Positions 37,180 to 45,637 of a stretch of 64,000 nt of DNA are shown here, one piece after another. This DNA comes from Gammaproteobacteria bacterium. Its GTDB lineage: Bacteria; Pseudomonadota; Gammaproteobacteria; Eutrophobiales; Eutrophobiaceae. The DNA lies in contig CBDCTH010000012.1 of assembly GCA_965222155.1 (NCBI GenBank), forward strand, positions 3,040,001 to 3,104,000, given 5' to 3'. Made by a program: the position numbers and the translations under genes. The notes beneath the pieces are model-generated. The model searched no databases. It worked only from the letters and a program-made list of their open reading frames with translations, and was not told where the DNA came from. Within the stretch, counting starts at the first letter, position 1; the number at the start of each line of letters is the position of its first letter.

Positions 37180-39156
37180 TTAGTTCAGCGGAAACAGTTG
37201 GTCTATTGTACGTGAAATCCGCATAAAGTAACGACTGAAATCGCGCGCATGGCGCGTTCGCATACCGGCCAACAATACATCGGTTCCTGTTTCCCCGGGT
37301 TTTATAATCGCCCACAAACGCTGGTGGGGCACATAAAATAATAAAAATACGCCTGCTATCAGCAGGCTGAAACCCAGGTATACCCATTTGGCGCCCGGTG
37401 CGCGGGTAATTTGCAGCCCCGACGCTTCGACGTGCTCGAAACCGGTCAGTTGCAGGTAGTAAGGGGAGCCATACTGGTGCAGGGCCGACAGGGTGACGAT
37501 GGCGTCGTTCAGAAACCGGATATCGCCTTCAGTTATTTCCGCAACATTCATGCCGGCATCGGCCAGTGCGGCTATATAGGCCTGCTCCAGGCCGTAGCGC
37601 AGGATTTTCATTGACGCGCTGTTCATAGTGCGGACGGTTTCCTCATCCATGGCGGGATCGACCTGTTGTTGCAGCAACGGGAAACCGCCGTCAAGGAACA
37701 GGCGGATCAGCCTCAATGTCACGTTGCTCACATCCTGTTCCGATATTTTTACGTCAATGGTGCTTCCGGAGAGCAGGGCTGTATGGTCGGCGGCATAGAT
37801 ACGCCTGAGTTTCTCATCTTCATGCAACAGGGACAGCAACGCAAAAAAACGGCCGGCTGTACCGTCATCGTCAACGGGTATATGCAGGTAGCGAAATTCC
37901 TCCTCCAGTGAGGAGCGCACGCCGCTCAGCAGGAACTCCCGTCCTTCCACGGTGATGGGATACATGTAGTTGAGGTATTCTTTTGCCCGGCCGTCCGTGA
38001 GGCGCATCTTGAAATTCACACTCGGTCCAAAATCACGAAACTTTTTGTCTATAGCCGGATCCTCGTTGGCAAAGATATTGAACTTACGAAATTCTTCCAT
38101 TTCCAGCCGATAAGATACGTCGTCATGTTCCAGGGCCAGGGACTGGTCGACAGTTGCCGAATAATCATGAGTAGCCGGTGAGGTCAGGTCATGCAGCTTG
38201 AAATCCAGTTTCGACCCACCGTCACCAAAGCTGGCCTGGTAGATGGTATAACCCTTGTACTTGAGTGGATGATTGACCGCAATAGTTTTTTCGGTGCGCC
38301 GTTCGCCCTCCTGGATAATGAGGTCGCTTTCAAAGGACTTGGGCTGGCCGCTGGAGTAATGTTCCACCCGGAAGTCCTCAAGCAATATAATGAAGGGCAG
38401 GGGTTGTACCAGATAACCGGCCCCCAGGTTGATGAACGCCGTCCCCACGGCGCGACCCTCGGGTATGGAAACACTGGCGCGGAACGAGGAGTTAGACAGC
38501 GGCAGCTTGCTCTTGTCCGGTATCTGGCTGACAGGCAGGTCCCTGGTCTCTGCCTGCAGCAATCCCTGCAAGGACCTGATTTTCAGGGGAACGTTGCTGT
38601 CGAGAAATCCGCCAATACAGATAATTACTACCGCGCAGTGCGTGAACAGGTAACCGAAACGATTACTCGCGCCTTTCAGTCCTGCGAGCGTGGTTGTTTC
38701 GCCCTGCCGTTTTTTCCGGGTCTTGAATCCCAGTCCCCTGAAACAGGTCGCCAACTTAGTAACCGCTTCGTCGTGTGCGAGTATGGTATGGTGTCGGCTG
38801 TGGTCTGCCAGGTTGAGCAGCTGCTGTTCTCGCATGTCCTCACGGTATTGCTTCAGGCTGGCGAGAATTCTGGGCGTGTTGCGGTAAAGGCAAATACTGG
38901 TTGAAGTCACCAGGAAGGCCAGGATCAGGATGAACCAGCCACTCGAATAGATATCATACAGGCCCAACTGTTCGAATATACCGTGCCAGAACGGGCCGAA
39001 TTTGACAATGTAATTCTGGTAAGGCTCATTTTGTTTCAGTATGGTACCGATGACGGAAGCCAGCGCCAGAGCCACGAACAAGGTCACGGCCAGGTTCATC
39101 GAACCGAGGAACCTGAGAGCCTGGCCGGTATTGTGCCTGATGAGATTAGGCGCCAC
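37180..39156 (-). CDS. resB: System II cytochrome c biogenesis protein ResB
   Basis: SMNLAV..ASVIGT..Q, YSSGWF, I.VNHPL.Y.GY.IYQASFGDGGS, SGLQI.RAPG. Confidence 0.92.
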   Translation of the reverse strand: MAPNLIRHNTGQALRFLGSMNLAVTLFVALALASVIGTILKQNEPYQNYIVKFGPFWHGIFEQLGLYDIYSSGWFILILAFLVTSTSICLYRNTPRILASLKQYREDMREQQLLNLADHSRHHTILAHDEAVTKLATCFRGLGFKTRKKRQGETTTLAGLKGASNRFGYLFTHCAVVIICIGGFLDSNVPLKIRSLQGLLQAETRDLPVSQIPDKSKLPLSNSSFRASVSIPEGRAVGTAFINLGAGYLVQPLPFIILLEDFRVEHYSSGQPKSFESDLIIQEGERRTEKTIAVNHPLKYKGYTIYQASFGDGGSKLDFKLHDLTSPATHDYSATVDQSLALEHDDVSYRLEMEEFRKFNIFANEDPAIDKKFRDFGPSVNFKMRLTDGRAKEYLNYMYPITVEGREFLLSGVRSSLEEEFRYLHIPVDDDGTAGRFFALLSLLHEDEKLRRIYAADHTALLSGSTIDVKISEQDVSNVTLRLIRLFLDGGFPLLQQQVDPAMDEETVRTMNSASMKILRYGLEQAYIAALADAGMNVAEITEGDIRFLNDAIVTLSALHQYGSPYYLQLTGFEHVEASGLQITRAPGAKWVYLGFSLLIAGVFLLFYVPHQRLWAIIKPGETGTDVLLAGMRTRHARDFSRYFMRISRTIDQLFPLN

Positions 39157-39278
39157 TGCCCGCAGGGAGAGTCGTTACGCCGGCGTCAGGGGTCCGGGAT
39201 TACACTCCACCGGGAATACCTGCGCCCTTTCTGCGAGTTTGAATTTCATGCGCTGCCTTAATATTTGATTCCCTGGTG

Positions 39279-39881
39279 TTAATGCAGTCCCTGGAGGTAA
39301 TCAGCTACGGCCTTGATGTTGTCGTTGGTCATCCTGCCGGCGATATCGCGCATGATGCCGTTGAGATCATTGGTTCGTTCCTCGGCCTTGAAAGCCTTGA
39401 GTTGCAGTTCGGTATAGGCTGCATGCTGTGCGTTGATCCTCGGGTAGTTCGCCGCAGGATTGCCTATGCCGGTAGGACCGTGGCAGGCCATACACGCCGC
39501 CAGACCCTTGGACGCGTCGCCGGCGCGATACAGGCGCTCGCCTGTGACCAGATTCTCCGGTCGCGTCTGTCCTGTCCTGGGCTCCTGGGCGGCGTAATAA
39601 ACCGCGAGATCGGCAATATCCTGATCACTCAGAACCATGGCCAGGGGCGCCATCTGGTCGTTTTTCCTGTGTCCGGCACGAAAATCAAGTAATTGTCTTT
39701 TGATATACTCGGCATGTTGGCCGGCCAGATTGGGCCATGACGGGTTGCTGCTGTTGCCGTCAGCACCGTGACAGACGACACAGGTTGTCGCTTTCTGCTT
39801 ACCCGCCTCGATATTTCCCGCTGCCGTCAGGGCCAGGGGGAGCAACATCAGGACCAGACCGCTGATTAGTTTATTTAACAT
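39279..39881 (-). CDS. Dihaem cytochrome c4
   Basis: Signal peptide, CVVCH and CMACH, P.LAGQH. Confidence 0.93.
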   Translation of the reverse strand: MLNKLISGLVLMLLPLALTAAGNIEAGKQKATTCVVCHGADGNSSNPSWPNLAGQHAEYIKRQLLDFRAGHRKNDQMAPLAMVLSDQDIADLAVYYAAQEPRTGQTRPENLVTGERLYRAGDASKGLAACMACHGPTGIGNPAANYPRINAQHAAYTELQLKAFKAEERTNDLNGIMRDIAGRMTNDNIKAVADYLQGLH

Positions 39882-39988
39882 CCGGAGTTACCTTGATAAA
39901 ACGAATTATATTTTTGCGAATGACGCTATCTTACAGAATAATTGGAAAAAAATGGATAGCCTGAGAGATATTATTTTTGCCGCGACCC

Positions 39989-40576
39989 ATGAACGACAAG
40001 CGATATCATAAAGCCGTTTACCTTTACAGCGCCCACCAGTTGACGCAGTTGCCGGACGATACGGGGAAGGAAATCGTCTTTGCTGGACGCTCCAACGCCG
40101 GGAAATCGAGTGTAATCAACGCGCTCGCGCGGCAAAAAAGCCTTGCCCATACAAGCAGGGCGCCGGGCCGGACCCGGCAGATCAATTTTTTCGACGTAGG
40201 CGCGGATATGCGTCTCGTGGATTTGCCCGGTTACGGCTATGCCAGGGCGCCGGACTCACTGAGGCAACACTGGGGACAACTCATCAATGCCTACCTGGAG
40301 CGGCGCCGGTGTCTGGCCGGCCTGGTCTTGATAGTCGATATCAGGCGTTGCCTTACCGAGCTCGACCGGCAAATGTTGGACTGGTGTGAAAATAAAGCCT
40401 TGCCGGTACACGTTCTGCTGAATAAGGCTGACAAGCTTTCCCGTAGCGCCGCCGGGCAATCTTTGATTACAGTTGAGAATAGCCTCAAGGAGAACGCCGG
40501 TGTCCAACTGTTCTCGGCCACAAAAAAGCACGGCCTGGAAGAATTGTACAGGGTGCTTGATATGTGGTTGGAATAA
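39989..40576 (+). CDS. engB: Ribosome biogenesis GTPase YihA/EngB
   Basis: GRSNAGKSS, PGRT, DLPGYG, NKADK. Confidence 0.96.
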   Translation: MNDKRYHKAVYLYSAHQLTQLPDDTGKEIVFAGRSNAGKSSVINALARQKSLAHTSRAPGRTRQINFFDVGADMRLVDLPGYGYARAPDSLRQHWGQLINAYLERRRCLAGLVLIVDIRRCLTELDRQMLDWCENKALPVHVLLNKADKLSRSAAGQSLITVENSLKENAGVQLFSATKKHGLEELYRVLDMWLE

Positions 40577-40597
40577 AGCGTTGTTGATGGTAAATCG

Positions 40598-40742
40598 AAA
40601 AAGGTCGGCCCCGGAGTCGTGAGGGGGGAAGTCCACCGGGGCCGGATTACCCGGCTGGGGATCGCCGGGGTTCGTTTATCATCTGATAACAAGGAATATT
40701 CACCCTGTGTCAATTAAGACCCACAGGGTTTAAAAAAGTTCC
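40598..40742 (-). ncRNA. Candidate sigma-E-dependent sRNA (about 110 nt) with its promoter
   Basis: GGAACTT-N16-TCTTA (40742-40715); CGGCCCCGG/CCGGGGCCG stem followed by T5 on the minus strand; convergent with engB. Confidence 0.5.
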
Positions 40743-40945
40743 GGTTCGCTGTTGTAACGGAATTTTTATGCACAGATCAAGGGTTTCCCGGGGGTTTTAG
40801 CGACTAATCGCAGACAAGTATCAACGGGGAACGCCATACAAATTCTAACTATTTGAAATATATAAGGTTTATTAAATTGTTTAAATTTTAACAAATTTGT
40901 CATAAATCCAGTATTTTTCCGTACTTTAAGGCGTGCTCTCCCACT

Positions 40946-40980
40946 GTATCCACAAAGTTATCCACAAAAAATGTGGATAA
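40946..40980. promoter_or_regulatory. DnaA-box triplet (DARS-like core)
   Basis: Reverse strand TTATCCACA-N5-TGTGGATAA-N3-TGTGGATAC in an AT-rich intergenic region. Confidence 0.75.
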
Positions 40981-41132
40981 CAAATTATCTTCAATTATGA
41001 CAAGCAGTTATGTTTTTAAAACTAGAATCTATATCAAAGATGCATCCTAACTTGGAAAGCAAAAAATCAGCAACGTGGTCTTGAATAACAGCAGTCGGCA
41101 AGCAGCTCGACAGCAACCCTTGACCCTCGGAA

Positions 41133-41333
41133 TCACATGCTGTACTTGCGCCGGAATTTATCCACCCGTCCGGCGGTATCCAATATCTTCTGTTTGCCCG
41201 AATAAAAAGGATGGCACAGGGAACACACTTCTATGTGCAAATTTCCCTTATGGGTTGACTGAGTGGTGAAGGTATTGCCACAACTGCAAGTAACCTCGAT
41301 TTCATTGTATTTTGGATGAATGTCGGCTTTCAT
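41133..41333 (-). CDS. rpmE: 50S ribosomal protein L31 (Zn-binding type)
   Basis: [28 protein letters not shown]. Confidence 0.97.
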   Translation of the reverse strand: MKADIHPKYNEIEVTCSCGNTFTTQSTHKGNLHIEVCSLCHPFYSGKQKILDTAGRVDKFRRKYSM

Positions 41334-41413
41334 CGTTTACCCCTGTTTCGTTTCCGGGCGCAGATTGTAGTGGAAACTGCTGGTTTATTCAACTTTGTTT
41401 TGCCACAGTGTTG

Positions 41414-41481
41414 TTTTGCCACAGAGGACACAGAGATCACAGAGTCCGGGTTTGGGAGCTTTGTGTCCTCTGTGGCTAAAA
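41414..41481. repeat. CACAGAG-type palindromic repeat overlapping the xth stop
   Basis: GCCACAGAGGACACAGAG...CTTTGTGTCCTCTGTGGC. Confidence 0.7.
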
Positions 41482-42246
41482 CCTGAATTCTGCGACAACG
41501 GGAGTGTGGTCAGAGGGACGCTGCTGCTGGCGCGGAACAATATCTATCCAACTGTCGGCACAACGCCGGCTGAGCGGGGTTGACGCCAGAATGAGGTCGA
41601 TACGCAAGCCGCGGTTATGCGCGAAATCGCCCGCGCGGTAATCCCACCAGGAAAAGGAATGGCGTTCCTGTTCAAACAACCGGAAGGTATCCGTCAGGCC
41701 GTGGGCCAGGAGTCCGGATAAGGCATCTCGTTCCGGTCGACTGCAGAGTATCCTGTCGCGCCATCCTTCCGGGTCGTGGACGTCGGCATCGGCAGGCGTG
41801 ATATTAAAATCACCGAGGAGAACGAGTTTATCGTAGTTTTGCAACAGTTCGCCGGTGAAGACGTCAAGTCGCGCCAGCCAGTCGAGTTTGTAGGCGTACT
41901 TGTCCGAGCCGACCTCGGAACCGTTCGGTACGTACAGGTTCAGGACGCAAATATCGTCAACCAGGGCGCACAGCACGCGTTTCTGCGGGTCATCCAGGCC
42001 GGGCAGGCCGGTATGCAACATCTGAACCGGATTCCTGCTCACGACGGCAACGCCGTTATAGGTTTTTTGCCCGGAAAAAACTACCTGGTAACCTGCTTCA
42101 TCAAAGGCATGGGTGGGGAAGCCTTCATCCTGGGTCTTGGTCTCCTGCAAGGCAAGCACGTCCGGCCCATGGGTGTCCAGCCACTGCAACACCTGCGGCA
42201 GGCGCACCTTCAGGGAATTGACGTTCCAACTGGCTATGGTCCACAT
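41476..42246 (-). CDS. xth: Exodeoxyribonuclease III
   Basis: SWNVNS, LQETK, YVPNG, GDFNI, WWDYR, RIDLIL, SDHTP. Confidence 0.96.
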   Translation of the reverse strand: MWTIASWNVNSLKVRLPQVLQWLDTHGPDVLALQETKTQDEGFPTHAFDEAGYQVVFSGQKTYNGVAVVSRNPVQMLHTGLPGLDDPQKRVLCALVDDICVLNLYVPNGSEVGSDKYAYKLDWLARLDVFTGELLQNYDKLVLLGDFNITPADADVHDPEGWRDRILCSRPERDALSGLLAHGLTDTFRLFEQERHSFSWWDYRAGDFAHNRGLRIDLILASTPLSRRCADSWIDIVPRQQQRPSDHTPVVAEFRF

Positions 42247-42256
42247 GGAAATAGTC

Positions 42257-44314
42257 TCAGGGCCGTGCTGAAACATCAGGCATGATACCCGAGTGTCGCA
42301 ACAGGGCATCTATAACAGGTTTACGGCCGCGGAATTCAACGAACAGGTCCATGGGTTCACGTGAACCCCCCTGCTCCAGTATGGTGTGGAGAAAATCCCT
42401 GCCCGTTTTGGTATCGAAGATCCCATTTTCCTCAAACCGGGAGAAGGCGTCGGCGGAAAGCACCTCGGCCCACTTGTAGCTGTAATAGCCCGCGCCATAA
42501 CCGCCTGCGAAAATATGGGCGAACCCATGTTGAAAGCGGTTGTCGGGTGGCGCTTTGACCACCGCGACAGCGCGCCGGACCTGGTCCAGCAGGGACTGGA
42601 TATCGTCCGTATCATGACCGCGCCGTTCATTGTGGAGGCGGAAGTCGAACAGGGCCAGTTCGAGTTGCCGCACCATGTGCATCCCGGCATGATACGTCCT
42701 GGCCTGTTGCATCTTGTCGAACAATTCTTTCGGAAGCGCTGCTCCGGTCTGGTAATGGCGTGCGAACAGGTCCAGCGATTCCCGTTCCCAGCACCAGTTT
42801 TCCAGGAACTGGCTGGGCAGTTCCACCGCATCCCAGGGCACACCGTTGATCCCGGCCACGCCGGCGTAATCGACCAGCGTCAGCATATGATGCAGGCCGT
42901 GGCCGAATTCATGGAACAGGGTGAGCACCTCGTCGTGGGTGAGCAGGGCGGGTTTGCCGGATACCGGTGGAGTGAAGTTACAGGTCAGGAACGCCACCGG
43001 AGTCTGGACGGCGCCGTTGTTCAGTCTGCGCGTGATACATTCATCCATCCAGGCGCCGCCGCGCTTGTGCGGGCGGGCATACAGGTCAAGGTAGAATGCG
43101 CCGCGCAACCCGCCGTCAGCATCCCTGACCTCAAAAAATCTGACGTCGGGATGCCAGACCTCGACCTCTTCACGCTGATTAATGCTGAGGCCGTACAACC
43201 GGTTGACCACCGAGAACAGCCCTTCGACCACCTGGTTTGCCGGAAAATAGGGGCGTAAATCTTCCTGGGAAAAGTCGAATTCTTTCTGCCTGAGCTTCTC
43301 CGAGTAATAGGGTATATCCCAGGCTTGCAATTCATCAAGGCCGTACTCCTGAGCGGCAAATTCCTCCAGGGCCGCCATTTCCCGATGCGCCACGGTCTTG
43401 CTGCGCCCGGCCAGGTTATGCAGGAACTCCGTGACTTCTTCCGGCGTGTCAGCCATCTTTTTGACCAGTGAGTATTCCGCATAGTTTGCGTAGCCCAGTA
43501 ACGCGGCGAGTTCCTGTCGTAACGACAGGATCTGCGTCATCAGCGGTCCATTGTCCCATTTCCCCCCATTGGGGCCCCGCTCCGAGGCGCGGGTATTGTA
43601 GGCGATGTACATTTCCTGCCGGAACGTCCTGTCGTCGGCGTAGTTCATCACCGGCGCGTAAGAAGGATATTCCAGTGTAAACAGCCAGTCGGTCCGGTCC
43701 TGCCGGCGCGCGTTCTGCGCCGCCAGTTCGACGGCCGTATCCGGCAGACCGTTGAGTTGCGACTCATCCGTAACCAGCCTGGTCCAGCCGTGGGTGGCAT
43801 CAAGCAGGTTTTCTTCAAAGCGCGTTTCCAGTTGTGAGAGTTTCTGTCTCAGAACCTTGTACCGGTCTTTTTCCCGTTGTTCCAGGTCGATGCCGGACAG
43901 GTGAAAATCCCGCAAGCTGTTCTGGATGATCTTTTGTCGGGAGATATCCAGCCGGGAATAGTATTCGCTACCGGCCAGGGTCTTGCAGGCGTGGAACAGG
44001 TCTTCATTCTGCCCCAGTTCAGTGGCGTGGTCGGCCATTTTGGGCACACAGGCATTGTGAGCTAGGCGCAATGCCTCATTATCGGCGACCGAATGCAGGT
44101 GCCGGACCATGGACCAGGCGCGTTGCAGTTGATCTTCCTTGTCTTCCAGGGGCTGGAACAGCGATTCCCAGGTATGTTCCCCGGGTTGTTCCAGCAGGGA
44201 CTGCAACAACACGCGGTGCTCTTCCAGCAGCTGATCGACGGCGGGCTCCATATGTTCTGGCCTGACACGGCTGAAGGTCGGCAATATCTGATTTTCAAGT
44301 AACGGATTGTTCAT
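42257..44314 (-). CDS. prlC: Oligopeptidase A
   Basis: MNNPLL, KRGGAWM, FHEFGHGLH, DAVELPSQ, GYYSYKWAEVL. Confidence 0.96.
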   Translation of the reverse strand: MNNPLLENQILPTFSRVRPEHMEPAVDQLLEEHRVLLQSLLEQPGEHTWESLFQPLEDKEDQLQRAWSMVRHLHSVADNEALRLAHNACVPKMADHATELGQNEDLFHACKTLAGSEYYSRLDISRQKIIQNSLRDFHLSGIDLEQREKDRYKVLRQKLSQLETRFEENLLDATHGWTRLVTDESQLNGLPDTAVELAAQNARRQDRTDWLFTLEYPSYAPVMNYADDRTFRQEMYIAYNTRASERGPNGGKWDNGPLMTQILSLRQELAALLGYANYAEYSLVKKMADTPEEVTEFLHNLAGRSKTVAHREMAALEEFAAQEYGLDELQAWDIPYYSEKLRQKEFDFSQEDLRPYFPANQVVEGLFSVVNRLYGLSINQREEVEVWHPDVRFFEVRDADGGLRGAFYLDLYARPHKRGGAWMDECITRRLNNGAVQTPVAFLTCNFTPPVSGKPALLTHDEVLTLFHEFGHGLHHMLTLVDYAGVAGINGVPWDAVELPSQFLENWCWERESLDLFARHYQTGAALPKELFDKMQQARTYHAGMHMVRQLELALFDFRLHNERRGHDTDDIQSLLDQVRRAVAVVKAPPDNRFQHGFAHIFAGGYGAGYYSYKWAEVLSADAFSRFEENGIFDTKTGRDFLHTILEQGGSREPMDLFVEFRGRKPVIDALLRHSGIMPDVSARP

Positions 44315-44325
44315 GTTCTGATACT

Positions 44326-44363
44326 GATAATGAGAATTATTTTTATTTAAAATCAATAAGTTA
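44326..44363. promoter_or_regulatory. Fur box with an adjacent IHF site in the prlC/bfr divergent region
   Basis: GATAATGAGAATTATTTTT (15/19 to Fur consensus); AATCAATAAGTTA (44351-44363) is an exact IHF consensus. Confidence 0.6.
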
Positions 44364-44495
44364 TGCTTTACATGCAGAATCAGAGCTGATATGATCCGGC
44401 ACTGGTTTCCGTTTATGGGAGTGAACCGTAGTCCAGTCGCCCTGCAGGCGGGAGCCGCTTTCGATTAACTCGTTGTTTATTTACAGAGGTCTATT

Positions 44496-44960
44496 ATGCA
44501 AGGTGACGAAAAAATAATCGAGTACCTCAACCAGGTACTCAAGAATGAACTGACGGCGATTAACCAATATTTCCTGCATGCACGGATGTGGAAGGACTGG
44601 GGCCTGAAGGAATTGAATGAGCATGAATATCACGAATCCGTCGATGAAATGAAGCATGCCGACAAGCTGATCGAACGGGTTCTGTTCCTGGAGGGTCTGC
44701 CGAACCTGCAGGACCTGGGCAAGTTGTTTATCGGCGAAAATACCAGGGAGATGCTGGAATGCGACCTGAAACAGGAACATCTCGCCATACCTTTGTTGCG
44801 GGAGGCCATAGCACACTGCGAAGCCGAACGGGATTATGTCAGCCGTGCACTCCTGGAAGATATCCTTGAAGACGAGGAGGAACACGTGGACTGGCTGGAA
44901 ACCCAGCTTGAACTGATAGAAAAGGTCGGCATTGAGAATTACCAGCAATCCAAGATGTAA
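44496..44960 (+). CDS. bfr: Bacterioferritin
   Basis: [35 protein letters not shown]. Confidence 0.97.
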   Translation: MQGDEKIIEYLNQVLKNELTAINQYFLHARMWKDWGLKELNEHEYHESVDEMKHADKLIERVLFLEGLPNLQDLGKLFIGENTREMLECDLKQEHLAIPLLREAIAHCEAERDYVSRALLEDILEDEEEHVDWLETQLELIEKVGIENYQQSKM

Positions 44961-45125
44961 CAGGATTAAGGATGGCGGGAAGCAGGAAACTGGAATCGAT
45001 TTTGCAAAGGTTACACATAGTAAAAATGTCTCGCTAAGCCGCTGATCGTTCCCTGGTGTCAGGGTTCAGACTCGAAAGTATTCAGCTGTCCCGCCCGGGG
45101 CAGAAAATCAGTATAAATATTTGTT

Positions 45126-45144
45126 GCAAATGATTCTCATTTGT
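45126..45144. promoter_or_regulatory. Fur box upstream of bfd
   Basis: GCAAATGATTCTCATTTGT, near-palindromic AATGA..TCATT core. Confidence 0.6.
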
Positions 45145-45192
45145 TCTATTATTCGTGTTACTAACCAATCTGCATATAAAGAGTGCTATCAG

Positions 45193-45393
45193 ATGTACGT
45201 ATGTGTATGTAACGCGTTAACGGAACGGCAAGTCAGGCAAGCCATAGGCGAAGGTGCCCTGACACCCGGACAAGTCAGACAAAAACTGGACTCCGAGCGC
45301 ATTTGCGGCTCCTGCGACGACTGCCTGGAAGACTGTCTTTCCGAAGCATTCATGTTCGCTTCCCCCAGCCTGAATGTCGCAGTAGCCGAGTAA
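45193..45393 (+). CDS. bfd: Bacterioferritin-associated ferredoxin
   Basis: MYVCVCNA..CGSC. Confidence 0.9.
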   Translation: MYVCVCNALTERQVRQAIGEGALTPGQVRQKLDSERICGSCDDCLEDCLSEAFMFASPSLNVAVAE

Positions 45394-45543
45394 ACAGCAC
45401 CCGGCATTCATCTACCCCTGCTTTGACTCCTGTGCGGGCAGGGGGCCATAAAGAACTACCATCACGCGGATTCCCGTCCCTGTTCAACACCACACAGTAC
45501 TTGCTGCCGGCTTACTGCAGGTAAGAGGCAGACGTTTGCAAAT

Positions 45544-45562
45544 GCAAATGATAATTATTATT
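45544..45562. promoter_or_regulatory. Fur box upstream of the TonB-dependent receptor
   Basis: GCAAATGATAATTATTATT (15/19 to Fur consensus). Confidence 0.7.
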
Positions 45563-45637
45563 ATTTGTATCACGCCTCGCATTCATGTATTATCGACGCC
45601 AGGTGTAACACCAGACAAATAATAAGAGGAGAAATGT

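Noticed and set aside
40760-41050. oriC call
   Set aside because: No dnaA, gidA or parAB nearby, only 3-4 boxes, and no clear DUE repeats; a DARS-like element fits better.
42386-43258. Long antisense ORFs (this one, 8130-8921, 49131-49994, 60223-60954 and others)
   Set aside because: Shadow frames of GC-rich conserved genes with no recognisable motifs.
44961-45110. Possible ncRNA (6S-like) between bfr and bfd
   Set aside because: Only a short GTTCCCTGGTGT resemblance, no long self-complementary rod, and the wrong gene context.
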